Assembly (NCBI GenBank): GCA_951406725.2
Contig: OX597823.1
Span: 43,772,001-43,836,000 of the forward strand
DNA: 64,000 nt
From: Octopus vulgaris
Taxonomy: Eukaryota
Direction: 5' to 3'
This document shows positions 24,063 to 41,598 of this stretch, piece after piece (the first letter of the stretch is position 1; the number at the start of each line of letters is the position of its first letter). The translations under genes were made by a program, and so were the position numbers. A model generated the notes under the pieces. It made no database searches and was not told the DNA's origin. It saw only the letters and a list, made by a program, of their open reading frames with translations.

Positions 24063-25889
24063 CAAACATGGACAAATACAGACATTTACATGTATGTTTG
24101 TGCATATAAGTTTAAAGCGTGTATAAAGGACTTGATCACAAACGAACACATTTTGAGAATATTTTATATAAATAATAATTTACAGTAGCCGTAAAGAATA
24201 AATTACTGATCTTGGCAAAATATATTGCTTCTTATTTTTTGACCTCACATAAATGACTTTAATGCTGGTATGGAAGAAGTTTAAACGATTGGAGTATGAT
24301 GCCTTTGACGTTCTGAAGAACACGAGTAGCTTTCTTCAATCATGATTCGAAACCTTATCGTATGCTTGAATTTCAAATACGATATTTTATTATTTTCTAA
24401 GATGTTGAAATGCTGGTCAAATAAAATCAAGTTGAAAGAAAGTACAACATGAATAATATTCAGGAAGGAAATATGCAAATTAACACTCTAGTTAGCTTAC
24501 AACGTTTTAAACCACGTGTTTTCATCATAGAATTAGATCCCAGTTTTTTCACACCAGTGGATATTCACAAACAAATAATTTATTCATTTCTTATTTTTAT
24601 TTCCCCAAAACCAGCAAGTATTCAGCCAATAAAGGAGAAAGAAAAGTTCATAGAATATTCGAGATTAAAACTAGAAAGAAGTATTGATCCAAACTTTTGG
24701 TATGAACCTTCAGGCGTTTCCTTTCCCATTTTTTTTTAGCAAGGAAAAGTATGAGTTAAAATCTATATAAAAAAAAACATGGTATACAGATAGATTCTTG
24801 TTGAGAAAGACAGGTAAAGAAAGTCGAGATAGAACTGAGAGTAATTAATTTTCAATGTATTTGTTTTATTTCATTTTCGTATTCCTTTTACCAAAAGTCC
24901 GATTCCTAATAATACATTTTTCGGTGTCTACGGCGACTATAGGTCTGTAGCCTAAGGTAGTAAATGTTTTTATTTTCACCACCAACTTAGCGTGGTACAT
25001 CTGCATGCCTAACCCGTTTTCTCTGACTGCTTCTCTTTTCAAGGAAACCACATTTCCACCGACTTAATAGCACCGCTGATATTTTTAAAGGTGGTGCTGT
25101 TCCTATTTCAGATTTTTAAATTAATACACGTCACGATGTTTATACCTGTTATGTTGTACTTTTCATTAAACTCCACACCATATACATCCAGCGGCAATTA
25201 AACTTTTAACATACATCCAAGTTCTCTTTATTCAATTTCAATGAAATTTCTTCAAATAAGACTCCCAATGTTTGATAAGACTTGGGTCTGTCGGAAACCC
25301 GAGGTTTCATAAGGATGAAACTTACATGGCGTATAAGTGACTGAGATTACAACACATACCACTGGAGAGGACACCGGTCTGTAGCAAGGTTAACTTCCCA
25401 GATATTGTAGGAACTCATTTAAAGCTGAATGAACTAGAACAATCTCAAATGATGTATTTGCTTAAGAAAGCAACGCACCGTCCAGTCCGGGAATGGGAAC
25501 CACGTGGGTGCAATAACTTAACCAACTAGGCCATGTGCCTTTATATGTTTATAATATATTATTGAATCAATTACTTAAGTATTTCATTGATATATCTGGA
25601 TTAAAAGGTTAGCTGAAATATGCGATCACACCGTGTAACTGAAGTCCGAGCAAGATTCAATCCCACGATTAAACAATGATCATATATTTACGAAAACAAT
25701 AGAATGTATTATTTTATTGAAGCCTCTTGTACTTTGTCTCTCTAACAGAATCTCTATCCCAACCCGCTTCTAATTATTTATTAAACGGACTGTCGAAATT
25801 TGCTATTTCCCCTAAAAGAGGATCATTGACGAGAGGTGGAGGCGGGTCTGTATCTTACTCGGACTTCACACGTAATTCTTTCCAGTTTT

Positions 25890-26075
25890 GGTATAAGGAA
25901 AGGGAGCATTTCGATTATATCTATCCAAATTCTTGACTGGTACTTTAAATTATCGACCCCGAAAGGATGAAAGACAAAATTGAGCTGATCGCAGCGGAAT
26001 TTGAACTCAGAACATAGACAGCCAGAAGAAATACTGCTCAGTATTTTGCCGACGCAGTAATGATTCTGCAAGCTT
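25890..26075 (-). mobile_element. Nin/Deu-domain SINE, degraded
   Basis: ctggtactttaaattatcgaccccgaaaggatgaaagacaaa...gcggaatttgaactcagaac is the reverse complement of the family core. Confidence 0.8.
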
Positions 26076-26485
26076 GCTAATTTTCAGACTTCCGTCCTTG
26101 CTGGAGACAAAACTACAGAACTACAGAAATAGTCAAGCAGTTGGCTTATTAACATACTTATGATTTAATGACAATCGTTTGTCATTGTATTATCTCTCTA
26201 TCATAAAGTGTATCATTCTTACACGCCAACAGACGCCAGTAGTAATGAATGAAACTTTAAATAACAAGGAAGCTAGATGTAATTTACAGCCGATTCTAAC
26301 AACGGCAAGATATGAAAGAAAGAAAACCGGTCGAGGTGAAAGTCAGGTGAAGAAATAGTGACTACAATGGCTCTTCAATAATTATATAACTGCTAAGAAA
26401 TTTTAGAATTCTCTACTTCTGTGCCTTGGTTCATTCTTGCTGCTAGTTTTCCTACATTAATGAGGTTACTATCAACAAATATATA

Positions 26486-27800
26486 CAAGAATCACCTGGT
26501 GTTACGGGACTAATGCGATATTGAAAAACTTGCCGTAAGGCAAATTCCTGTATCAAGGAATTAATTTTTCTATGGACTTCCATGAAATAACGAAATAATG
26601 TGTACCGATGATTTTTTTTTTCGAAAGAAAGACAATAAAAAACAAAGCAGCCTACGCAATACAATATTTATATATAAAATTATTTGAAGTGAAATACGTT
26701 AGGAAATAAATAAGAATCGCAATATCGTAGTAGGGTGAGTACTTACCACGAAAAAATGAGGACTATTATCTCAGAGATAGTAGTGGAATGAGAGTCCCTG
26801 GGAAGATGATACTACCTTCTATCTTATTGTTCATCACCATCATTATTGTGTTAACAACAAACAAGATGAGGACAAATATCCGTCAAATGTAAATAATGTA
26901 AATAATATACCACCATTATTGTCATCAACAGTTAGTTGAGGGATGAAGACCTTATCTGATAGCTATGGTGCATCATCTCTTTGTACAGCTCAGTGTAGAA
27001 ACTAAGCTCATTGTAAATTCCTCTTGAAATCTTTATGTCAAGTTCACTATTATTGCACATGTTTCCCTTTCGTTTTCTTTTTGTTTTGTTTTTTTTTGTT
27101 TTCAAAGTAAGTTTTGCAGTCAGTTTAAGTAGAGTATTTTCGTACTTTCATCAGTATTCCTACAGCATCAGTTCCTCGCAAGATAGACTTTCTTTATAGG
27201 CCACTAGCAACTCATTCACATCACTCTCTATGATTACTTGAAATCCTACATCATTTGCAAGGGTCACAATATCTTTCTGAATTTGGTGTGGACACTTCAG
27301 CTTGTGGAACACTTGTAAAGTCACAGATACAAATTTGAGGATATCACTTCAGTTATTGTATACACAGTAACATCTCCAGCTTCTTCTAGAAGTCCATAAG
27401 AGTGAGTCTATCCTTCCTGTCAATCACTTTCATAAATTGTTTGAAAGTTCTTCTCAGATGATATGCATTGAAGTTAACGATCACACCTTGATCCTTCTAC
27501 TGGAGCAGTTGAAGTTCGGAAAATATATTTTCTTCTCTCACGTTATCGGTAAACTTTCTTACGTTCACTGGTTCGCTTGGTGCATTGTCTAAAAGGAGTA
27601 ATCTATTTTGGAAATATATTTCATGCTATAACTTCCTACAGCAGGAAAAAAAGATGCCTTCTTATTTGAAGCCAAATCAGAGGCAGCTTGTTGTCATGTT
27701 TTGATGTAAAACTCGAAATGAGAAGATGAAAAGATGAAGGAGTGTGGGTGGTGGGGAGGAAACGCTGTATGATTACAGTTAGTTGAAGGGTTGAAGAGCT
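26486..27800 (-). mobile_element. Tigger/pogo transposon copy A, internally deleted, with DDE_1 remnant
   Basis: TA|CAAGAATCACCTGGTGTTACG TIR at 26486. Minus strand reads LLLLDNAPSEP...DQGVIVNFNAYHLRRTFKQFMKVID. Collinear in inverse orientation with 28140-29755. Confidence 0.85.
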
Positions 27801-27972
27801 GCTAGGTTCATGAGTACTTCACCCCTTACACTTCAGATTTAAGCCATAAAAACTCCACACTACTCACACTCGCATATATTTATATACATACATACATACA
27901 TACGTACATACATACATATACATATATACATACACACACACGAACATATATGTATGTATGTATGTATGTTTA

Positions 27973-29755
<1,783 letters not shown>

Positions 29756-31254
29756 TATATAAATTGCACTTAATGTAAATACATCGTGAAAGGCAAATTT
29801 ACTGAGGTATTCGTCCCGAGATAATAACACTCATGTGTAAAAACTGAATATATGAAGGAAGACGTGCTGTGTTTTCATCTAATGCTACTTCTGTTGCATA
29901 TAATAGATATTCATTCAGCTGACAGGCTATTCGCAGCATCAGTGATCGTTTATTATCTGTTGTTTGCCGTGAGTACATGCTACTGATGACGTGACGAAAC
30001 AGAAATGCGTCTACCGATCTTCTTTCTAACTATACTGTATCAATTTTGGTCTAATAAGCCAACACATATTCTGTTTGTTTTTAAACTCATCATGTACATT
30101 AGAGGTATTATCTCTGGACGAATGCCGCAATGAATATGCGTTCCGTAATGTATTTGCATTAAACATGATACATATATGGCTGTTTTAATTAAATTCTGCT
30201 TCTATTGCACTTAAAGAATGTGCGTGTATATGTGCGTATGTGTGTGTATGTGTGTGTAAGTGTGCGTGTCAGTCTGTCTGTCTGTCTGTAGCGTCTTACA
30301 AGCTACAAAGTGAGTGTAGTTTCTAAATTCTTGAAAGTTATCACATTTTGCGTAAGGGCGAAACAATAGACTGTATCTCGAAATTAGTTGTCATACTCTA
30401 CAATTTCCGTAAGCACGAAGTCTTGTTACCTGAGGTAGCCGTAATGCGGGGATACCCTTACTTTTTTCACGAACCAACTGGCTGCAATATACATTTTTTA
30501 AATGTATTTCTTAAATATTTTTGTTGACAATAAGTCAAAAAATTTATTCTCGACTTAGCTTATCTCTTATACACAGTACAAGATACACACAGGCACTTGT
30601 ACATAAAGACTTATATATAATTATTTACACACAGACGGTAGAAGGAACGGTTATGGGTTATTAGTGAGAGATGGAAGAAATGCCGCTAGCAATTCCAACA
30701 TTTCGCCTAGGTGAGATTATAACGTGTCGAGAAGTAATGAGTTTAAAAGAAAAGGTAAAAGAAACCATTTCCCGCCTGCTGTCAAAGCCATTTCATCCTC
30801 TGTCTGCGTAAAGTAAAGGTGCCACTCTAAATTTGAATTTTAGAAAAACAATTGAAAACCTTGTTTTGTGAAACAAAAAAGAACACACAGCCGTCACTCG
30901 CAAGCGGATATGACCTTGTAACATATACCATGCTTTGGATAATTATTTCTGACGGAGAAACATTGACACCGTTTCAGTTTTTCCCCTTTTGTTTCAGTGA
31001 AATATCCGAGGTCTGACAGCCGAGTTGTCGGAGGCAGGTGCACCAACCCTGGACTGGCGTTCCTTTTCAGCTGGGTAGTCTGAAGCAACATAAAATAGAT
31101 TGCCTTGCTTAAGAGCACAGCGTATCGCTCAGTCGCGGTATCGAACCCACAAGCTTAGGATAGTGATTCCAATAGATACCCTTAACGACTAGGACACGCG
31201 CCTTCATTCTTGTTTTATATCATAATAATCAGTCCCTGCACATTAATGTCCTAG

Positions 31255-31486
31255 AACTCAGAGGGCTGATTACGCGGTTTCCATGGCGTATAAGTAAACG
31301 AAATCATAGCATACTCCCTGAACGAGACACCATCAAAGGATTACTCATTTACTGCAGTTGGGGCTGGAGCGACCTGAAATGAAGTGTCCGGCTCAAGAAC
31401 ACAACGCACCACACGGTCTGGAGATCGAAACCAGAATCTTACGATTGTGAGTGCAACATCCTAACCACTAGTCCACGCAACTTCAT
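31255..31486 (-). mobile_element. tRNA-derived SINE; related degraded copies at ~22615-22800 (+), ~25300-25540 (-) and ~31060-31205 (-)
   Basis: Minus-strand head gcgtggactagtggttaggatgttgcactcacaatcgtaagattctggtttcgatctccagaccg, followed by tgcgttgtgttcttgagc. Confidence 0.75.
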
Positions 31487-32789
31487 TTCATTGTTGTTCT
31501 GTGACTAATATTTAATGCAATCACACAAACATTGGAGTTCTTTCGCCAGATGTCTCTTAATAACGTTTTGTGACCGCGGCTTGTACTTGAAAGTATGAGT
31601 TACTCAGCATAATCTCGTTTATCTACTGCAATATATAACCGCAGCAGCCAACAAGGAAGCATATATGCCATATTTCGACCTACTAGAAATAACTACCAAA
31701 TCTTCCTCATAAATCTGCTCTGCATTAAAAAAGGCGGTACACATTGATGATTAAGACTAAGTACCGATCTGAGTGTTTTGGACCACAGGTCAGTTCGATC
31801 AGAGTTGATCGGTAGTATATAACTGCAAAGTCGTATCTTTATGAATCACATCACCTTTCTAAATGTCTTCACCTATTTACGACATATGTGAGACAATCCA
31901 ATCATCATCATCATATATATACATGGGTTGGACTATTTGAGAGAATCGGATGGGCCCAAGGACGTACCATATTCCATTATCTGCTTTTTCATGATTTCTT
32001 CAGCTAGCTACTTTTCCCAACATCAACCATTTACAGCGTATACTGGGTGACTTTTTCACTCTACCGACACTAATGAAGTCGTCCTGCAGCTCATAATACT
32101 ACAAAACCTGAGGCGCGTGATGAGGAGATGAGGGTTAGAGTTTGAAAAAGGGTGAGAGGGACGAGCATGTTCTTACTGTAGAGGAGTTACATGATTATTC
32201 ACATTTAGAAGAGAGGATGAGAATGATCAGTAGGAGCTGCAAGTCCAGGAGGCTGTTCAGTTAGAATCTGTGTTTAAAGAGATGTAAAATAACGGAGAGA
32301 TCACAACTTTCCCATATTACAGATTTTAAAACCTGCTGGAGTTATTTCTCCATCCACAGCAGTTATTTCGGATACGGTGTTATGCCATTCACACAACATA
32401 GGCAATTGCAAAGTTACCAGAAATATCCGAATCTCATCCCTTTGAGTCTTGAAGGCCCTAATTTATTTGGTTAAGATGCAAAGATCTGAATAGAAAGGGA
32501 AAATGCATTTGCTGGTGACACAAAGTCTGAAGAGAAATGGAAATTGGATTCAAATGTGCCAGCGTATCAACTTATATATTTACTTTACATACAAACCATA
32601 ACCGTCACTCTGTAACGAATATCATTTAATAGAATGTAGAATGGTCTTGTGAGTAGCACACAATTTGAGCCATCACCATCGCTCCAAATGTTAGACCTAA
32701 TTTTCATCGAAGATTTCTTCTGGTCGCAAGAAGAAGAAGGAGGAAAGCAAAAGCAAGTGAAAACCATCAGGAATGGAGAGAACTTGACA

Positions 32790-34265
32790 AGCAGTACAAC
32801 AGACAGGCACTAGAGGACAAGAGGACAATAGGAACCATTAAGATCAGATATGTCTGGAGGCGGAAGATGCTTCACAGAAAGGTGACATGAAGTCTGTTTT
32901 TCGTTTGGTGAAGGAATTGAGTAGAAAGAGGAAGTGGACTCCACGTAGTGACGTCATCAACGATAAAGAAGGTAACATCCTGACAGAGCAAGAGGACATC
33001 AAAGCTAGGTAGAGGGAATACAGCACCGATTTGTATAGAAGGAGGCAGAAAGATCTCTCCGCTGCACCCGCTGTAGCAGAAGACAGAGAACCGAAACCAC
33101 TCAAAGAAGAAGTGAGGCAGGCGCTGTACCACACTAAGAACGGGAAAAGCCCTGGCGTGGATGAACTTCCCATCGAGGTACGGAAGGCGACGGGAGATAT
33201 TGGGATAGAACTGTTATGGAGACTGTGTGTCAAGATCTGGAGTGACGTGGAGTGGCCGATTGACTGGTGTCGTGCAGTCTTCGTACCAATACCAAAGAAA
33301 GGCAACCCACGCGAGTGCACTAACCACCGAACCATCAGCCTTATTGTCCACGCAAGCAAGATCCTGCTGCAAATCATCGTAGGTAGACTGCAGCGGAAAT
33401 ATAGCATTGTTATCGCTGAGGAACAAGCCGACTTCGTCAAGGACAGAGGAACAAGGGAACAGATAGTCAAAATCAGGATGATGATCGAGAAGTTTAAGGA
33501 ATGTATCATCCCACTTTACGTGTGTTTCATCGACCACTCTAAGGCCTTTGACTGTGTGAGACACAGCAAGATGTGGGACGTCATGAAGGACATGGGATTC
33601 CCTGAACACTTAGTCGCACTGTTGGCGCAACTATATCAACAGTCATCTGTCAGGATGTCCGTCGGTGACACTGAGAAGGCATTGAGAAGGGTGTCCGACA
33701 GGGATGTGTTTTGTCTTCCTATCTGTACAACATCTATGCAGAAAACATCATAAGAGTGGTGAAGGAGAACTACGACGGTGGTGTGCAGAGAAAGGCTGTG
33801 CAATCTGAGATACGCCGATGACATAACCCTCATATGTAACAGCAAGGACGAATTGCTGCAGATGATACGCAAAGTGAAAGACATGAGTGCACAAAGTGAC
33901 AGATTCCTGAGTGTAAAGAAGACAAAGATCTTGATGGTGCATAAGTACAGGACAGACCGAGGTAACTTCACCGTAGACGGAGAGGTGATTCAGGAAGTGG
34001 ATGATTTTGTGTACTTGGGATCCACAATCAGCACCACCAGTGGATCAAGTACACCAGAGATACAGAGAAGGCTCGCGATAGCGAGGCAAGCGGTACAAGA
34101 TATGGAGAACATCTGGAAGAGTCATGGCATGTCAATGCTGCTGAAGATAAGGCTACTTCGGGCTGTCATTTTCTCTATTGCGACGTACGGTTGCGAGTCG
34201 TGGACAATGTTGAAGGCAGACGAGAAAAGGGTGAGCGCTTTTGAGATGTGGCGTTACCGCAGAAT
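32790..34265 (+). mobile_element. RTE-clade LINE internal fragment; reverse transcriptase pseudogene, frameshifted near 33640-33790
   Basis: ORFs 33031-33753 and 33778-: KSPGVDELP, NHRTISLIVHASKIL, FIDHSKAFD, NLRYADD, FVYLGS, YGCESWT...AFEMW.YRR. Confidence 0.93.
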
Positions 34266-36711
34266 CTCTTACGTTCTCTCTGAATCAATTAAAAACACAA
34301 AACGAACGCTGTCACCATTCACTCTCTCTTTCCCTGTTACTTCTCTGAAACATTTAAAAGCACAAAACGAACGCCTTCACAACTCACTGTCTCTTTCACT
34401 CTCCCACTTTCTCTCTCACTCTCCCTTTCTCTCTTACTCTCTTTCCCTTACATCCTCTCTGTCCTTCCTCCGGATTTGCCACTTCTTTCAAGTAAGTGTG
34501 ACGCACACATCAGGTACGTACAAAAACAGCGTATTAATATTGTGTATGTATGTATATATGTGTGTAGTTAGTTAGTTAATTAGATAGGTAGCTAGGTAGC
34601 TAGGTAGCTAGGCAATTAAACTTGTAATAGGCTTTGTCCAAACAAATGTAATACTTTTTCTATCGTTCTATTTTATTTTTTATATTGTGGTGGTCGTATA
34701 GAGGAAAGATCTGAGTTCAGAAAGATCTGAGACCGATGTTGTAATGGAAACTACACTCTGTTCAGTTAAAAGGATGATGGTTCACTCTGTCTTTGACTAT
34801 TTTTGTAAGTCTATCCAATTTAACAATCAAATCACTCTGGGCGAAATAATATTTCTTCCTATCAATCTTTTGAGTAGTTGAATGTGGATCACAACTATAA
34901 TATATATCTTGATAATGTAATAACTGTCTAGAGTTCGGTTCTGTCTGTCCTTCATTTAGAACAAGTATATAGTTGTAATCTGTTAGATAACACTTGAGAA
35001 TAAGTGAGACTAAGTATTTTGCTATCCGTCACAATTGATCACGCACGCATAACTCGGGCCAGCTATGTAGTTCCGGCTAAATAAACTGAACAGTATGAGA
35101 TTTATTGCTTTAATGTAATTTTGAAAGTTAGAAGTTCCTAGTTATGAATTTTCGCCATCGTCTTGCAAGTAATTGCGCAGTTCTTTTTATATTGATATAA
35201 GATGTGAGGAAAATATATAATCGCAATTCCAAGGTCTTGAATAGAACTAAAATAACCATATAAATCCAACTAAACACTTAGACAGATACGAGAGAAAGAT
35301 TATTCCATTTAGTGTCAAGTGAGGTGATAAATATCAGAAAAACTGGTAAAGAGCTACTTTAAGCAATTAGGATGAGAATTTAGTCATAAAATTCCATATC
35401 ATTCTTCGATATTTTATACGATTTTTTATCCCCAACTAAATTATTTAGCATAAAATTACAAGTTAGGTACCAACAATACCAGCAGCAGTAAACACATTTC
35501 TATTATGTAACATTGTAAGGATTAGCTGTGAAACAGGACTTCTCTATCAGCTTCGTTGAGTTATATAGCTAAAGTGAGAAAAGAATTATTTTTCTTTCAC
35601 ATTACGGCGATAATAAGAAAATAGTTTACGTGGAACACATTTATTTCTGCTTGTAAAAATGATGTCTGAGAAAAACAAGTGGTTTCAAGGTTTAACAATA
35701 CCGCTTTTTACCTCTTGCAGTCAGAAACCGCTGATAATCCAAAACATTAGATTTGGTTCAAATCAGAGGACGAGTGGAACAGCAAGATCGAGTATTAAGG
35801 ATGGTAGAAACATCTGGCCCAAAGTCATATCTGACTTACCAAAGCTAGTAAAGTTGTGAGGGAGTTGTGTCCCTTATATCTGCGAGTGGCCCAAGGTAGC
35901 TCTGGTGTCGCAGTTGAAGGGGCCTAAACACTTACAAAACTACTTCGCCGCCTGATGAGTAATCAACTCCTGCATTCGAGGAACAGCACCACCCTCAGCA
36001 TAAAGTGTTTATTCTAAACGTTGTAAGAGAATCTGGAAGAGCTCAAACTGCTGAGGGATACAGCAAAACTATTCTGTATACATGCCTAATTTCTGAAATC
36101 TTGATGGTCAACAAAAGCATTTCTCATTCTTTTAAAAATATTATCCCCTTATAGATTAGAGGGGTTGGTATCAAAACCCTTTACTGGTAATATAGATAAC
36201 ATAAAACTCTCATATATGGATTCACCTTAAGACTTTTGGATCACGGTATAGAGTGGAATAAATTTATCATGTTATGATAAATTAAAGGAATCATTAAATC
36301 CAAATTATATATTTCAAATAAAAATCATGACAAACTTAATCACGTGCGAAGCATATACTATATAAATAGTTGATCAGCTGTATGTCATTAGAAAATTAAA
36401 CGTAAAAAGGTAGAAATATATAATTTGTATAAAGTTTTGGAATACTAAAAATTTAACTCTTCTAGCTTGTTTTTATATTATTTTTATACATAATGAAAAG
36501 ATATGGTTTCTACGATGTGCTAAGATGAGAAAATCATAGCATGTCTTTTTGGAGATAATTTTTTACGTTGCGCGAAGGCCAGCGAAGCGACTTTCCGGTG
36601 GGAACAATAGTCCTATGCACAGGCATTGCTGACATTTTGCATGGGCAATGGTCAGTGATGATCTCGCTCGGCCACCAGTGAACAGCCATCATCATGATGT
36701 TGTTAGCTAGG

Positions 36712-36791
<80 letters not shown>

Positions 36792-37874
36792 AATGCGTAT
36801 ACGTATACTCTGCAACTCAACTGCCGTTCTCTCCGAATAAAATTATAGTCACACGTAATGACGAGGCTCTGTGCGTAATGAAAAACCTTGAATATTATAA
36901 ATGTATTCTCTTTATACGTAATGACAAAACTCCACTGATATCCAGCAACACTATCCAGTTACATGAAAAAAGTACATTTGATTAACAAAAACACGTTGAT
37001 CTGCAATAAGTTGAAAGCGAAAATAAGCTTCCATTTCAAAGTATCGTAAAATTATAAAGAATTTTAAACAGTGACAAGAAACGCTTCGTATCTGTGAATG
37101 TGACAACTGTAAACTTTAGAATAATGTTTCTAAATATATCTTACTTACGTTTCTCTCTTGATCACACCTTTTCTTGCCATTGTCTCAGTATTCTCCGAGT
37201 GTCTAAACATTCTGCTAATATCCTTTGTAGATTTTTTCCGCTAAACAACTCTTTAAAAAGTCATGATATTTCGGTTTCTTGGTTTTGGAAGCCGAACGCG
37301 TTATCACGTGGATACGCCGCATCACGTCATACACGTACACACAAACATACATAAACATTCACGTACATACACATACGCACTTACATATGTGTAGACATGT
37401 AACGTTTTTTTTGTGTCTGTGTGCGTGTGTATGTGTGTGCGTGTGTGTGTGTGCGCGCGCGCGCGCGCGCGCGTGCTTGGATGGATGTTTCTCCGTCGCT
37501 TTCCACAATGAGGATTCGGTTGTTCTATTAAACGAGTTACCTTCTCATTGAAGTGACGTGTAAGTGACTAAATATTCCACACACGTGTATTCTGAAAGTA
37601 ATTCTCTGACAGAATCAGAGTAGAACAATGTGATATGACCATAACCTTCAATTACATGTATATTCCCTCCGACTGTAAAATACACACACATACATACACA
37701 CACATACATATATATGTAATAAATACATCTGCGCGCGCGCATGTGCAGTAAAATCGATAAAAAGAGTAGTCACCTCTCCTTACGGCAAATTTATTGCACA
37801 CTTTTAATCGATTGGCACGTAAATGATATATGTTGTCAACGCAAAACAACACCAGCGCCATTGGAGTCCGATGA

Positions 37875-37938
<64 letters not shown>

Positions 37939-39299
37939 ATACATAGATAGATATCATATTCATATATATGTATGTGAGCGTGTGTATGTGTGTGTGTGAG
38001 TGTATTTATGTAATGTTTGTTGATTGCTTATTTATGTCTATAGAAGCGGAAAATACAGATTCACAATTGAATTTTAACAGTCCATTTAATACGTATGTTT
38101 CAAGTAACTGCTCATAGATAAAAACGGAATTTCAATTCTAACTCAAAATCTTTCTCAGTTATATAATAAAATAGCATTACTTTGTTTTACTTCATTATTA
38201 CTGATTGTACGATTTTATGCCACTACAAGGTAGTCCCCTCTTAACTCTATTCATATGGATACTATAACTAGGATTTAGGGTGCCCTGTTTTATTGGTTTT
38301 GAGTCTTAAATTCTGGCAATGTACATTGCTTGTAAGCTTGATACGATATATACATGTGTGTATGTGCGTGCGCGTGTGTATGTGTATGCGTGTATATTTG
38401 TGTTGATAAATGTGTATATATTTGTATGTATGTATTTATATGCATTCTATTAATCTCAATTATTAACCAACATTTTTGTGCTTATTACAGATTCAGTGTT
38501 CAAATTTTGTCAGGATTAGCTTCAGAATTTGACATCTCAGTCCTTCATCATTTCGTTGTTGAGGAATTGAAATACAGAATTCGTATTTCCACAGATTATA
38601 TTCCTTGCGAATAAATATACATATATGACCTGCTGTCAAATTTAGAAATTTCAGCCGACACCTTCTAACAGTAAACAAATATAGGGAGAAGGATGGAAGT
38701 TATAAATTATAGAATGGAAACGGTTCACTCAGTTGAAAGACAATTTGAGATAAGAGAGGAAAATTTAGTAATTAAGACCGTAGTTAAACCAAGGATATTG
38801 TCAAAGTTTCCTTGATATTTACCTAAGTCGTAGAAAGCTATAGCTGCGAGAACCCCCGAGTATTTCCTGAGTTTGCTCGTTTGCTCAGAGAAGTTCTTGA
38901 TGAAAGCACTAAACCTCGAAAACATAGATGGAAATCAAGTCACAAGAAACAGCATTAAAATTAACGTCAGAAAACTGTTGTGCTGATGACGCCTATTTAA
39001 GCAATAAACACTGATTCCTGCTATCCAGATTATCAGATTGTCTTTTCTTTAGCGGCATGTTAGTTCCGGAGAAAAATTCTTGGTTGGGAAGATTATCTCT
39101 CCTCGTTCCTTTTGAAATAAAGTTAATGACAGTTGCACCTAACTTTTGTTGTACATACACTTGAAGTGAAGTATAAATTAATTTAAACAAACCCAGAATT
39201 ATTTTGTATGATATTTAATATACGTTCATTTGTCTTTGTTGTTCGAATTCATGGTAGTGGTTCCCCCGAGTTATTCGCTTAGCTCGTTTTCTCTTTACT

Positions 39300-40300
<1,001 letters not shown>

Positions 40301-40883
40301 GTATTAAACTTTTACCAGGAAAATGTTGATAGTGATTTCGATGTTTCGACTTGCTTGCCTTGGTTAGACCGTCTGTAGAACACTAGCCAACCCAAAATTT
40401 AGAAGTCACTGTCAGGCTATTCCTCGTACAAATTTAATAAAGAAGTATTGAGCAATCCTTCTTGGCATTATGGTAGAATGGTTGAAAATGTCGCTTTACA
40501 ACAACAACGTCCCGGGTACGATTTCGCTTTGTGGTATCTTGACCACGATTTATTTTCAACAAAATCCTGCCATAAAGTGAGTGTGAAACCGGGGTAGAAA
40601 GAAATTTGCATACATGTTTATGATGTGGGTTATACCTGAAATAGGGTGTACAGCTAGATGACACACTGTACACACGAATTCTGACAGGAAAATAGATTAA
40701 GGGTACACGTCTGTGGAAAATTCAGCTACTTAGATGTTAATTCAGGAGCAGGTAAACCCTCATTCTAAAGCAATAAATGTACCAGCATTTATATTTATAC
40801 ATGCATACATACATATATACATACAAACATGCATACGTATATACGTACATACATACATACATACATACATACATACATACATA

Positions 40884-41255
40884 CAGGAGTGGCTGTGTGG
40901 TAAGAAGCTTGCTTCCCAACCGGGTTCTGGGTTCAGTCTCACTGCGTGGCACCTTGGGCAAGTGTCTCCTTCCATAGCCTCGGGCCGACCTAAGTCTCGT
41001 GAGTGGATTTCTTAGATGGAAACTGAAAGAAGCCCGTCGTATACATATGAATGTATTTATGTCTGTGTTTCTTCCCCACCATCGCATGTCCACCGATTTT
41101 GGTGTCTTTACATCCCCGTAACTTTGCTGTTCGGCAAAAGATACCGAAAGAATAAGTATTAGGCTTACAAAGAATAAGTCCTAGGGTCAATTTCTTGGAC
41201 TAAAGGCGATGCTCCAGCACGGCCGCAGTCAACATGCTAAAACAAGTAAAAAGAA
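40884..41255 (+). mobile_element. Near full-length tRNA-derived SINE
   Basis: caggagtggctgtgtggtaagaagcttgcttcc...gggttcagtctcactgcgtggcaccttgggcaagtg, ending gctccagcacggccgcagtcaa..aaacaagtaaaa. Fragments recur at 12470, 19528, 23650 and inside 44396-46091. Confidence 0.88.
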
Positions 41256-41280
41256 TACTCACTCACACACACACACACAC

Positions 41281-41323
<43 letters not shown>

Positions 41324-41559
41324 CACACATATATATAATATATATGTGCATATATATATAAACATATGTATATATGTGTATATCTCTCTCTATATATATA
41401 CACACACTATTTATAAATACATATACATAGATAATGATTTATGCATACGAGTATATTTATCTATCTATATATTTATAATTATACATTCATACTTACATAT
41501 ACGCACGCAAATACTTATAAGATAGACACATATTCGTACATACATAAAAATATATGCAT

Positions 41560-41598
<39 letters not shown>

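Noticed and set aside
24312-24365. CTGAAGA...GAAAC...GTA hammerhead-like spacing
   Set aside because: Stem I does not pair and stem II is unconvincing.
29978-30016. CTGATGA-cgtgac-GAAAC...GTC hammerhead-like core
   Set aside because: Essentially no stem II, a 2-bp stem III and an interrupted stem I. Compatible with chance.
37430-37476. (GT)n(GC)n run with Z-DNA potential
   Set aside because: Ordinary microsatellite variant in this genome. Nothing suggests function.
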